Shown here one piece after another: positions 34,047-44,446 of a DNA stretch of 64,000 nucleotides. Each line of letters opens with the position of its first letter. Within the stretch, counting starts at the first letter, position 1. The translations under genes and the position numbers were made by a program. The stretch comes from an uncultured Chloroflexia bacterium (GTDB lineage Bacteria; Chloroflexota; Anaerolineae; B4-G1; SLSP01). Below the pieces are notes generated by a model. It worked only from the letters and a program-made list of their open reading frames with translations, made no database searches and had not been told where the DNA came from. Where the stretch lies: positions 32,001 through 96,000 of the forward strand of contig CAVVUS010000013.1 in the NCBI GenBank assembly GCA_963751345.1. Reading direction: 5' to 3'.

Positions 34047-35790
34047 ATGGCAAGACGACGAAGGAAAAAGCCGCAGACGAAAGAAGAATGGTACACGATG
34101 GACCTGCACGTGCATACCCCGGCATCTGCAGACTATCAACAGGAAGGCACCACGTTCCTTGAGGTGCTGCGCGAGGCCGAGCGCAAGGGGGTCGATATCC
34201 TGGCCTTCACCGACCACAACACGGTAGCGGGATATCGGACAATGAACGATGAGATCGAGAATCTCGAGTTGCTTGAGCGGCTGGGGAGGCTCACGAACGT
34301 CGAGAAGCAAACCCTACAGGAGTATCGGCGTCTGCTGGAGCGGGTGCTCCTTCTGCGGGGCTTCGAGTTCACCGCCACGTTCGGGTTCCACATCATCGGG
34401 ATCTTCGATTCCGAGATACCTCTGCGAGATCTGGAGTTTCTACTGCTGAAGCTGCACATCCCCGCGGATCGTCTGGACGAAGGCGCCACGGATGTGGGCG
34501 CGACCGCCGACGTATTGACCGCCTACCAGCTTATTGCGCAGGCCGGCGGCATTGTCATCGCAGCACATGCCAACTCCTCGAACGGTGTGGCCCTGCACGG
34601 GATGCAGTTTGGGGGGCAGACGCGCATCGCCTTCACCCAGGACGAGAATCTGCACGCCCTGGAGGTGACCGACCTCGAGAAGACAGGGCGGAAGACGACC
34701 GCGCGCTTTTTCGATGGGTCCAAGCCCGAGTATCCCCGCAGGATGCGCTGTATTCAGGCCTCCGACGCACATCGCCTCACCCGCCAGTCGGATCGTACGC
34801 GCAACCCCGGCATTGGTGATCGAATGACGGAGGTGCTGCTCAGCGACCGCAGCTTCGAGGCGCTGCAGGAGGTCCTCCTCGGAGAGGATTTCGCCCGCAC
34901 GCGGCCCTACCGTCGGCAGGCGACGCCCGTGGATTACGTCCAGGCAGCTCGGGAGGAAGGGCCAAACATCGTGCAGGAGTTCCACGAGCGCTACAGCAGC
35001 CGTGGTGGCTACCGGGACGCGATCATCGCCGATATCTGCGCTTTCGCGAACACCAACGGGGGCACCCTTTACATCGGCGTTCCCCAGGATGCCAAGAAGC
35101 CGCCCACAGGCGTGGGCGCCTCCCCCACCCGCGTCGTCAACCTCTTCCAGCAGGAGGTCCAGGAGCGGGTTACCCCGGAGCTTCAGATCACGGCGGACAT
35201 CCAGGAAACACAGGGCATCAAGGTGGTGCGGATCGTCGTGCCCAGGGGGCAGAAGCCCCCCTACGCGATGGATGAGAGCGATATCTTTATCCGGAGCGAG
35301 GCCGAGACCACCGTGGCGGTTCGGGATGAGATCGTCGAGCTGACACGGCGGGGCCTTGGCAAGGGGTCTCCCACGATGCAGATGGAGCCGAGATCCCACT
35401 GTGGAAACGAAGCAGGATGATCAAGAGACCGTCAGCAACCCCTCGCTGGACCCGCCGCGCACCGGCGTTGAGATCGCCGAGACCGTCGATAGGAATAACA
35501 CGTGCTACTACACGATGCGCGATCTGCGCAACGGCAGTCTTGTGAACAATGTGACCAAGCGGTCGGCGCGTCACCTGTGGCGCTACGCCATTGAGGAGGC
35601 CGAGGACAACCCGGTCGATCCGGCCCAGGTTCGGTGGTTGGACGATATCGGGGTCTGGAAACAGCGCGAGTACCGTGGCCGGGTGCGGTGGGACCTTGTG
35701 CAGCGGGATGGCGACGACCTCCGGGTCTTCTACGGGGTCACCGAAGAGGGTATCCACGACAAGTGGACCGCGCTCGTGGGAGAGGAGTAG
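34047..35790 (+). CDS. PHP phosphoesterase + AlbA_2 (Schlafen-like) domain + unknown C-terminal domain (one frameshift near 35390)
   Basis: DLHVHTPAS, FTDHN, GFEF, AAH and SDAH (PHP); QEFHE...ICAFANTNGGTLYIGV...IFIRSEAET (AlbA_2); continues in ORF 35356-35790. Confidence 0.85.
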
Positions 35791-35795
35791 CGACG

Positions 35796-36329
35796 ATGTC
35801 GGAAGACAAAATGAGGGTCGCCATCCTGACGGTGAGCGACCGGGCGGCAGCAGGCACCTACGAGGACCGCAGCGGGCCGGCCCTGGCCAACCTGATGAAG
35901 GAGGCGCTTCGAGCCGAGATCGTGGAGACGGCGATCGTGCCGGACGAACGCAGCGAGATCGCGGAGCGGCTAAGGCAGTGGGTCGATACGGACGATGTGG
36001 ACCTCATCCTGACGACGGGTGGCACGGGCTTTGCCCCGCGTGACGTGACGCCGGAGGCCACGGCGGACGTGGTCGAGCGCCTCGCGCCGGGCCTCGCCGA
36101 GGTGATGCGAGCGGCCTCGCTCCAGGTCACACCCTATGCCATGCTCTCGCGCGCGATAGCGGGCATCCGTGGGCGGACCCTGATCATCAACCTGCCTGGA
36201 AGCCCCAAGGGCGCGGTGGAAAACCTGCGCGCCGTGCTCTCGGTGCTGCATCATGCAATTGCCTTGCTGCGCGAGGAGCCATCGGATCGGGCACTCCACA
36301 GCTTTCGCTTCGTTCAACGCGAAGCCTGA
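35796..36329 (+). CDS. mog: molybdopterin adenylyltransferase (MogA/MoaB family)
   Basis: ILTVSDR, LILTTGGTGFAPRDVTPEAT, LSRAIAG, INLPGSPKG. Confidence 0.9.
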   Translation: MSEDKMRVAILTVSDRAAAGTYEDRSGPALANLMKEALRAEIVETAIVPDERSEIAERLRQWVDTDDVDLILTTGGTGFAPRDVTPEATADVVERLAPGLAEVMRAASLQVTPYAMLSRAIAGIRGRTLIINLPGSPKGAVENLRAVLSVLHHAIALLREEPSDRALHSFRFVQREA

Positions 36330-36340
36330 TAGGAGTGACC

Positions 36341-37994
36341 ATGCGACTGCTTACCGTATCCGAGATGCGGGAGGTGGAGACCGCGGCTGACGCGGCGGGG
36401 CAGAGCTACGCCGAGATGATGGCCCTTGCCGGGGCCGGCGTGGCGCGGGCGATTGTCGCACACGAGCCCATCGCCGGTCGGCACGCGCTCGTGTTGGTGG
36501 GCCCGGGCAACAACGGAGGCGATGGCCTGGTAGCTGCGGGACACCTGCAGGAAAGCGGGGCCGACGTCACGGCGTATCTGGCCAAGACGCGCGACCCCGG
36601 AGGAAGATGAGGTCTTCAGGGCTGCCCAGGATGCCGGCGTGGTCGTCGTGGATGCCGTGGACGATAGCGACGGCGCGCGCCTGCGTGACCTCGTCGCCGG
36701 AGCCGACGTGATCGTCGACGCGCTGCTCGGCACAGGGGCAACGCCCCCGCTCCGGGGCACCATCGCCACGATCCTAGAGACGGTCAACGAGGTCCTCTCG
36801 CTGCCCGAGCCTCACCCCCTGGCGCCCGTCCGCCGTGCGCCCGAGCCCCAAGCCCATCACCCGCTCGTGGTCGCCGTCGACGGCCCCTCCGGCCTCGACT
36901 TCGACACCGGTGAGGTGGATTCGATGACGTTGAGCGCCGATCTCACCGTGACTTTCGCAGCGCCCAAGTGGGGCCACGTGCGCCTGCCCGGTGCTGCCCG
37001 AATCGGTGAGCTGGTAGTAGCGGATATCGGCATTCCCAACCAGGTTGAGATCCCCGCGGGGCCCGAGCTCGCGACCCCGGACCTGATCCGGTCGTGGCTC
37101 CCCAAGCGCCCGATGGGATCCCACAAAGGGACCTTCGGCAAGGCGATGATTATCGCGGGCTCAGCAAACTACACGGGTGCCGCGATCCTCTCGTCGACGG
37201 CTGCCGTCCGCGCCGGCACGGGCCTCGTGACGCTCGCCCTGCCCAACCCGCTCCACGCAGCCGTCGTCTCGGCTATTCCTGAGGTGACCTACGTGTTGCT
37301 GCCCCACGCGATGGGCGTGGTCGACGAGTACGCGGTGCCCGTGGTATTGGAGAACGTCGAGGGGTATGACGCGCTCCTGGTGGGGCCCGGTATGGGCAAC
37401 ACGGACGAGTCGCGCGACTTCCTCAGGTCGCTGCTGCGGCCCCGAAGTGGCAAGCGGTCGACGGGATTTCTCCACCCCGAGTCCGATGCCGAGCCCGAGG
37501 CGCTGCGATCACTGCCGCCGTTGGTCGTCGATGCGGACGGACTCAATATCCTCAGCGAGACGGATAGCTGGCCCAAGCTGCTTCCCGAGGGCACCGTGCT
37601 CACGCCCCATCCGGGCGAGATGTCGCGGCTGACGGGGCTGAGCATTGGCGAGATCCAGGCCAATCGCCTGGAGATCGCGCAGACGTGGGCTAACACGTGG
37701 CAGCAGGTGGTGGTCCTGAAAGGGGCCTTCACCATCGTCGCGGGACCCGGCAGGCAGCCGGTGGTGCTGCCCTTTGCCAACCCGGGGCTCAGCTCAGCGG
37801 GAACCGGCGACGTCCTGGCGGGCACGATTGTCGGGCTGCGCGCACAGGGCGTGGCCCCCTTCGAGGCCGCCGTGGCGGGCGCCTTCCTGCATGGGCTTGC
37901 CGGCGAGATCGCGACCGAGCGGCTGGGAGCCGCGGGCACCGCTGCGGGCGACGTCGCCCAGGCACTGGCCGAAGCCGGGCGGCGCCTGGCATAA
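36341..37994 (+). CDS. nnr: bifunctional NAD(P)H-hydrate epimerase/dehydratase (frameshift near 36605)
   Basis: GPGNNGGDG, VDALLGTG, SHKGTFG, VVDADG, TPHPGEM and AGTGDVLAG motifs. Confidence 0.92.
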
Positions 37995-38003
37995 CGAGGA
38001 AAA

Positions 38004-38038
38004 AACCTTGCGAAGGTTTCGGGAACCTTCGCAAGGTT
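38004..38038. repeat. REP-like perfect hairpin between convergent genes (may also act as terminator)
   Basis: AACCTTGCGAAGGTT-tcggg-AACCTTCGCAAGGTT; near-identical element at 55016-55049. Confidence 0.85.
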
Positions 38039-38047
38039 GGCCGGCGA

Positions 38048-39244
38048 CTACTCCTTCAGGCTCATCGCGAAGCGGTAGCCCAGATCCTCGCCGCGTTCGA
38101 GCTTCTCGTGGGTAGCACCACCCGGGAACTCCCACTGCTCGAAGAGGTCCCACTTCAGCCCCTCGGCGAGCTTGGCAATCTCCTTGGCGGCCCCCCCACT
38201 CCATCCGAAGCTGCCGAAATAGGCCAGCTTGCGGTTCTGGATGCGTTTGCGGGCGGCGATATCCAAGACGTGCGCCATCGGCGGGAAGAGCTCGGCCTCG
38301 TACGTCGGCGCCCCGACCAGCACCCCGCTGCGCACGTAGAGTGACGAGAGGATGTAGCTGGCGTGGATGTGGCGTACGTCGAAGATCTCCAGGGGCACGC
38401 CCGCCCGCGTCACACCGGCTGCCACCGAATCGACCATCTGCTCGGTGTTCCCGTACATCGTCCCGTAGAGCAGGGTCACACCGACCTCGGGACCTTCAAG
38501 CGCGTAGTTCGCCCACTTCCGGTAGAGCTCCACGATGCGTCCGGGGTCGCTGCGCCAGATCAGCCCGTGGGAGGGGGCGATCACGTCGATGGGCACGTCC
38601 TTGAACTTGTCGATGGCACGGACCACCGGGCGGGCGTAGATGGCGATGATGTTGGCGTAGTAGCGCAGCGCCTGTTCCTCATAGTACGCTTTGTCCTTGC
38701 ACTCGTCGTCGAAGACGACGCCCTGGAGCGCGCCATACCCGCCAAAGGCATCGCACGAGAAAAGCACCTTCTGCGTCATCTCGTACGTCATCATCGTCTC
38801 GGGCCAGTGGACCATCGGGGTGATGTGGAACTGGAGTTTGTGCGTCCCCAGGTCGATGGTATCGCCCTCATCGACGATCTGCACGCCCTCGTCGATCTGG
38901 AAGAAGTTGGAGAGCAGCGGTGCCGCCCGCTTGGTGCACACGATCGTCGCCTTCGGCGCGATCCGGCGCAGCGAGCGTATCACCCCCGTGTGGTCGGGCT
39001 CCATGTGGTTGATAACAATGTAATCGATAGCGGCAGGATCCACGACCTCCGCGATCTGGTCGATCAGCGCGCTGCTCTTGAAATCCTTGGCCAGGTCGAT
39101 CAGCGCGTTCTTCTCGCCCTTCACCACGTAGGAGTTGTACGAAATCCCCTCGCTGGTGATGGGCCAGAGTCCCTCGAAGAGATCGGTGGTGCGATCGTTC
39201 ACGCCGATCCAATGGATGCCGGGCTTGACCTCAATTGCTGTCAT
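38048..39244 (-). CDS. fprA: FprA-family A-type flavodiiron protein
   Basis: NHMEPDH, HWPE, FSCDAFG, APSHG; flavodoxin domain with TMYGNTE and FGSFGWSGG. Confidence 0.93.
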   Translation of the reverse strand: MTAIEVKPGIHWIGVNDRTTDLFEGLWPITSEGISYNSYVVKGEKNALIDLAKDFKSSALIDQIAEVVDPAAIDYIVINHMEPDHTGVIRSLRRIAPKATIVCTKRAAPLLSNFFQIDEGVQIVDEGDTIDLGTHKLQFHITPMVHWPETMMTYEMTQKVLFSCDAFGGYGALQGVVFDDECKDKAYYEEQALRYYANIIAIYARPVVRAIDKFKDVPIDVIAPSHGLIWRSDPGRIVELYRKWANYALEGPEVGVTLLYGTMYGNTEQMVDSVAAGVTRAGVPLEIFDVRHIHASYILSSLYVRSGVLVGAPTYEAELFPPMAHVLDIAARKRIQNRKLAYFGSFGWSGGAAKEIAKLAEGLKWDLFEQWEFPGGATHEKLERGEDLGYRFAMSLKE

Positions 39245-39262
39245 GCATACCCTCCTGTGAAG

Positions 39263-39326
39263 AACGTTAGCGCGTTGACGCGTCTGAACGTATCAACGTG
39301 CTAACGTTCCAACGTGTCAACGTGCC
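39263..39326. repeat. eight tandem octamers (AACGTnnn)
   Basis: aacgttag cgcgttga cgcgtctg aacgtatc aacgtgct aacgttcc aacgtgtc aacgtgcc. Confidence 0.8.
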
Positions 39327-39329
39327 CTC

Positions 39330-39767
39330 TCAATGATTTGGCGATATCGTGAGGACGACGATCCCCGCGACCGTAAGCGCCATCCCCAACGCCAACTGCC
39401 ACGTCAGCCGCTCGGTCCGAAAGATGACCCCCGTGAGCGCGCTGAAGAGCGGCGAGGTGAATGCGATGGGCATCACCTGCGTCAGCGAACTCGCGCCGCG
39501 AAGCGCGGCATAGAACGAAAGCATGCCGACGGACCCGGCCACGATGCCGCCCCCGATGACCATCATCAGCAGGGCACTGGGGCCGGCCTCGGGGATCGAC
39601 TTCCACTGTGGAAAACTGACCGCGCCGAGGATGAGAAAGGCGACAGCGGTACGGATCGTGATGCCGACCTGTGGCGAGAGGTTCCCGAGGGTCAGGCCAC
39701 GCTTCTCGAAGTATCCTCCTACGCCCCACGCAATTGCCGTGATCAGTGCGAATACTTGAGGTTTCAT
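39330..39767 (-). CDS. single-domain EamA/DMT-family transporter
   Basis: Five hydrophobic helices; AWGVGGYFEKRG, PIAFTSPLF, TERLT; GGAGG RBS. Confidence 0.85.
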   Translation of the reverse strand: MKPQVFALITAIAWGVGGYFEKRGLTLGNLSPQVGITIRTAVAFLILGAVSFPQWKSIPEAGPSALLMMVIGGGIVAGSVGMLSFYAALRGASSLTQVMPIAFTSPLFSALTGVIFRTERLTWQLALGMALTVAGIVVLTISPNH

Positions 39768-39872
39768 TCCAGGCCTCCATAGATCCGGTGCCGGACGCCC
39801 TCACCGACAGGATCCGCGTTAGGCGAGCCTGTACGCGACGCCCGGCACCCGTTGAAGTCGTTGAATCGCCGT

Positions 39873-40475
39873 CTAGTTGGTCAGCGTCCAGGTCAGGTCC
39901 GACGTAAGGTCGGCGCCCTGCTCCTCGCTCAGCGAATTGCCGTCGCAGTCTGCCACCTGCAGGTCGTAGGTGCCGCTCGTCACATAGAAGATCCGCGTCG
40001 AACCTGGCTGCAGGCTCTCCTTCGAGCCCATCCAGTCATCTCCCCATTGGTCGCTGGTGGACGGGGAAATATAGACGTAGCAGACCTCCGTGCTCGATCC
40101 GTTGTCGATCAGCAGTCGGATATCGGCGCCGGTGGTGCCGACATCGACCGTCGTGTCGTTGGACACATCCCACGCCGTCGCCATCGTAGCCTCATCGCAT
40201 TTCTCGACGAGCACGTCGTAGGTGTCTTGACCCATATTGAAGGTCTTGCTGGCCCCGGCTGCGATCGTGTCCTGCCCACCGAGCTGGTCGTCGCCCCAGG
40301 TATCCTGTGAAGTGGGCGAGATGAAAACGTAGCATATCTCGTCAGGCGTGTGGTTGGCGACCTTGACGTCAACCCCGCTCGTCGAGGATCCCCCACCACC
40401 GAGAGAAATGCTGCCACAGCCAAGCGCCGTCACCAACAGCGCAACCGCCAACCAGGTCAGTACAGAGCGTTTCAT
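39873..40475 (-). CDS. lipoprotein with two repeated beta-rich domains
   Basis: Lipobox LLVTALG-C; duplicated motif N....(I/V)CYV(F/Y)ISP..SDxWGDD...YD....CD; AGGAGG+ATG at 40475. Confidence 0.8.
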   Translation of the reverse strand: MKRSVLTWLAVALLVTALGCGSISLGGGGSSTSGVDVKVANHTPDEICYVFISPTSQDTWGDDQLGGQDTIAAGASKTFNMGQDTYDVLVEKCDEATMATAWDVSNDTTVDVGTTGADIRLLIDNGSSTEVCYVYISPSTSDQWGDDWMGSKESLQPGSTRIFYVTSGTYDLQVADCDGNSLSEEQGADLTSDLTWTLTN

Positions 40476-40606
40476 CCCCATCCTCCTATTCATCGATCCG
40501 GCCTACTGTGGAAGCGCCGGCAATATCACAGAACGCCCGGCGTGGCGACCATTATACTGGATGCCCGCAGGGCACACAAGACCACGGAGACCCGCGCAAT
40601 GATCTC

Positions 40607-40682
40607 AGTGCCGGGGACTTTCCGCAGTCCCCGGCACTTTCTCCAGTCCCTGGCACTTTCCGCAGTGCCTGGGACTTTCTGC
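40607..40682. repeat. four tandem 19-bp palindromic units forming two hairpins
   Basis: AGTGCCGGGGACT-ttccgc-AGTCCCCGGCACT (perfect), then AGTCCCTGGCACT-ttccgc-AGTGCCTGGGACT (1 mismatch). Confidence 0.85.
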
Positions 40683-40788
40683 AGAGTCCCCCTCGTATCG
40701 GAGCGCCAATCTCGCGCCGGATGCCCCGGGCGCACCTCGCACGACGCCCAAGATAGCGTATCGGGCGGGGCCGGGTAGAATGGCCGGT

Positions 40789-41969
40789 ATGCGAATCGCG
40801 ATGATCACCGGGGAATACCCGCCGATGGAAGGCGGCGTGGGCGCCTACACCCATCAACTGGCGACGGCGCTCGCCACCGCAGGCCACACCATCGACGTGT
40901 TGACGTCGCCCGCCAAAGGTGGCCGCACGGACGTTGTCCGGGAGGGCGCCGTCACGGTCCACCGGTGCATCACGAGGTGGGGTCTCCAGGGGATCCTCCG
41001 GACCCGGCGCTGGATCAGGCGTCTGTCACCTGACGTCGTGAACGTGCAATACGAGCCTGCCGCCTACGAGATGCGCGCGGGCATCACCTTCGCCCGCGCG
41101 CTCGCGAGCACTCAGGGCGGCGCCCCCCTTGTCGTCACCTTCCACGACCTGCTGCCGCCCTACCTCTTCCCCAAGGCCGGGCCCTTGCGGCAGTGGCGCG
41201 TCTGGCAGTTAGCGCACGGCGCAGACGGCATCGTCGTGACAAACCGTGAGGATCTGGCGCGGCTGGGCCGGGCGCTACACGATACCCCGCCCCCCACCCG
41301 CCTCATCCCTATCGGGAGCAACATCTCCGCCTCGCCCCCGTCCGGGTACGACCGGGCGGCATGGCGTGCGCGATACGGCTATGGGCCCGATGATCTCATC
41401 GTCGGCTTCTTCGGATTTCTGAACCGCACCAAGGGCATCGAGACGCTGCTGGAGGCGCTGGCCATCCTGAACGCAGGAACCCGTCCGGCCCATCTGCTGC
41501 TGATCGGTGGGCGCACCGGCACGAGCGACGTGACGAATGCCGCCTACGCGGATGAGGTCGACGCGTTGATCGAGGCGCTTGGACTGAGCTCACGCGTGCA
41601 CCGCACGGGCTTCGCTGAGGCGACCGACGTCTCCGCCGCCCTGCTCGGCGTCGACATCTGCGCGCTGCCCTATCGCGAGGGTGCCAACCTGCGCCACGGC
41701 ACCCTGCACGCCGCGCTGGCCCACGGATGTGCCACCGTGACCACGGCTGCCGCCGACCCGGCGCCCGAGCTGCGCGATGGGGAGAACGTCGTCGTCGTCC
41801 CGCCCGGCAATGCCGTGGCGCTGGCGGACGCTATCCTGAGGGTAGCGAAGACCCGGTGCTGCGGCAGCGAATCGGCGACGGGGCCTCTGCGCTCGCGGCC
41901 AGGTACACGTGGCCGCGGATCGCCTCGGACACCGCGGCGTTCTTCGAGGAGCTGCGCCCCGCGGGGTGA
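40789..41969 (+). CDS. glycosyltransferase family 4 (GT-B), frameshift near 41850
   Basis: MRIAMITGEYPP..GGV, FFGFLNRTKGIETLL, VPPGNAVALADAI, YTWPRIA. Confidence 0.9.
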
Positions 41970-42062
41970 GTTCCCCACGGGCGTCCTCCCCCCTGTCACT
42001 CGCGGGCTCGGGAAACTGGCAAGAGCAGAGAGAATCTGCACGCGCCGTGGTAGAATAGGCCT

Positions 42063-44391
42063 ATGAGCCAACAGCCACCCCGAGCCCTGGCCATCGTCCT
42101 GATTCTTTTCGCGATCCTGGGCACGCTCTACAGTGTGGTCACCCCGATCTTCGAGGCGTCCGACGAGCTCTGGCATTACCCGATGGTCGAGGTCATCGCG
42201 AGGACGGGCCAATTGCCCGTCCAGCCGACCGAGCCGGGCACCAGCAGCGGTCCGTGGCGTCAGGAGGGCAGCCAACCCCCGCTCTACTACGCACTCGGCG
42301 CCGCGCTGACGTTCTGGATCGACACGAGCGACCTGGACGTGGTGCGACAGCCGAACCCGCACGCCCGCGCGGGCGAGATCACACCGGAGCGCGACAACGT
42401 CAACCTCGTGATCCACAATCCTGCTGCCGAGCGGTTCCCGTGGTCGGGGACGGTGCTGGCGGTGCACATCGTGCGGCTGCTCTCGGTGGCGCTGGGCGCA
42501 TGGGCCGTCTATCTCACGTGGGCGCTGGTACGCGAGCTCTTCCCGGCGCAGCCCTGGCTCGCGCTGACGGCAGCCGCCGTCCACGGGTTTACGCCTATGT
42601 ATCTCTTCATCAGCAGCTCGGTCAACAACGACAACCTTATCGTGCCCCTGAGCACGCTGGCGCTGCTCCTGATGGTGCGCCGTGTGAAGCAGGCGGGGCA
42701 GATGCCCCGAGCGTCTGCCTCCGCGTATGCCTACACCGGGCTGGGGATCGTGATCGGGCTCGGTCTGCTGACCAAGGCCAGCGGGATCGCGCTGGTCGCC
42801 ATGGCACTGGCGGCGCTGGCCTGGGAAACGTGGCGGCTGCCCGATAGATGTCGGCTGGGGGAGACGGGCCGCTTTTCTGGGCAGCCGGGCGATGGTGATG
42901 TTGGTGCCCGCGACGGTGATTGCGGGCTGGTGGTTCGTCCGCAACGTCCGGCTCTACGGTGACTTCCTCGGCTTCAACGCCTTCTACGCCGTCCTGGGAA
43001 CGCGTGACGTCCCGGCGGACCTGGGCCAGCTCTGGGCGGAGCGAATGGCCTTCGCCTCCGGCTATTGGGGGAGTTTCGGCGGGCTCAACGTGCCGATGCC
43101 CGGCTGGATCACGACGGTACTCAATTGGGCCGCCATCGTCGCCGCCGCCGGGTTGGTATTGCGCTTGGGCACCTGGCTGCTTGACACGTCGGAGGGCACG
43201 TGGGTCGAGAAGGTATGGCCCTTTGCCTGGTCGAACGCCACCGCCGCCCGCGCGCTCGCGTGGGCTTTCCCCGTGGGTGTCTTCCTCTCATGGAGCCGGT
43301 GGGCAACCGTCACCTGGTCGTCGCAGGGTCGCCTGATCTTCACCGCCATCTCGATGTGGTCGCTGGCGTTGGTCCTGGGGCTGACCGCATGGCTGCCCAA
43401 GCGCACCGGGAGAATCCGGCGCCTGCCCGGCATCGCCCTGGCGGTCGCGCTCCTGGGGCTGTGCGTCGTGGCGCTGCCCGCGTGGATCGCCCCGGCCTAC
43501 CGCCCGCCACAGACCACGGCCATCGCACCCGCCGACCTCGGGCTGACGCCGCTGGACGTACGGTTTGGCGATGACCTGGAATTGCTGGGCTACGCCGTCG
43601 AGACAAGCGCCGTGGCGCCGGGGCAGCCTGTCGAGGTCCGCCTGATGTGGCGGGCACTGGGACCGACGCCGACGTACCGCTCGATCTTCCTTCACGTGCT
43701 GGGCCAGGGCGATCGCATCGTCGCCCAGCGGGACACCTTCCCCGGACACGGCTTGCTGCCCACGACCCAGCTTGCCGCGGGACGCACGTGGGTCGAGCGC
43801 CACGTCCTCGCGATCCCGCGCACGGCCTACACGCCCGATGTGCTGACGCTCGCCGTGGGCGTCTATGAGACCGCCACCGGAATACGCACGCCGCCCTCAG
43901 GCCCATCCATCGCGGAGGGGGCCGACAGTGCGCGGTTCGGTGACGTCGCGCTGAATGCCACGACAGGCGAGGCCGCACTCGGCGTGCGCTTCGGCGACGG
44001 AATCGTGCTGGAGGGCTACACGCTAAGCGACGTCGTGGTCGCGCCGGGCGCGGACCTGACCGTGACGCTGAACTGGCTGTGCACCGCCCCGGTTCCCGAC
44101 GACTACACCGTCTCGGTGCAGGTCATCGACACCCAATGGCACAAGGCTGCGCAGTTGGACAGTTGGCCGCTGGACGGGCAGGCGCCGACCTCGTCGTGGC
44201 AAGTGGGCCGGCGGATCTCCGAAACCCGCGTGCTGACCCTCTCGCCGGACGCCGTGCCGGGCGCCTACGACCTGCGCATCTCGCTCTACCGCCCCGACGG
44301 GAACGGTGATCTGATCCACCTACCCGTCTCGCTTGGCAATGCCGAGATGCCGTCCAGGGACATCGTGCTGACGACCGTGCGGGTGCGCTGA
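42063..44391 (+). CDS. GT-C membrane glycosyltransferase (ArnT/DUF2142-like) with two C-terminal Ig-like domains (frameshift near 42880)
   Basis: PIFEASDELWH, QPPLYY, VNNDNL, LTK, WFVRN, QGR; two FGD..L.GY...W beta domains. Confidence 0.85.
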
Positions 44392-44446
44392 TGCGGCGCC
44401 GGCAGACGTGGCGGCGCCGGCGGACGGGGCGTCGGGGGGCCGCAGG

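Noticed and set aside
40607-40682. Possible CRISPR array
   Set aside because: Units are 19 bp and abut without unique spacers.
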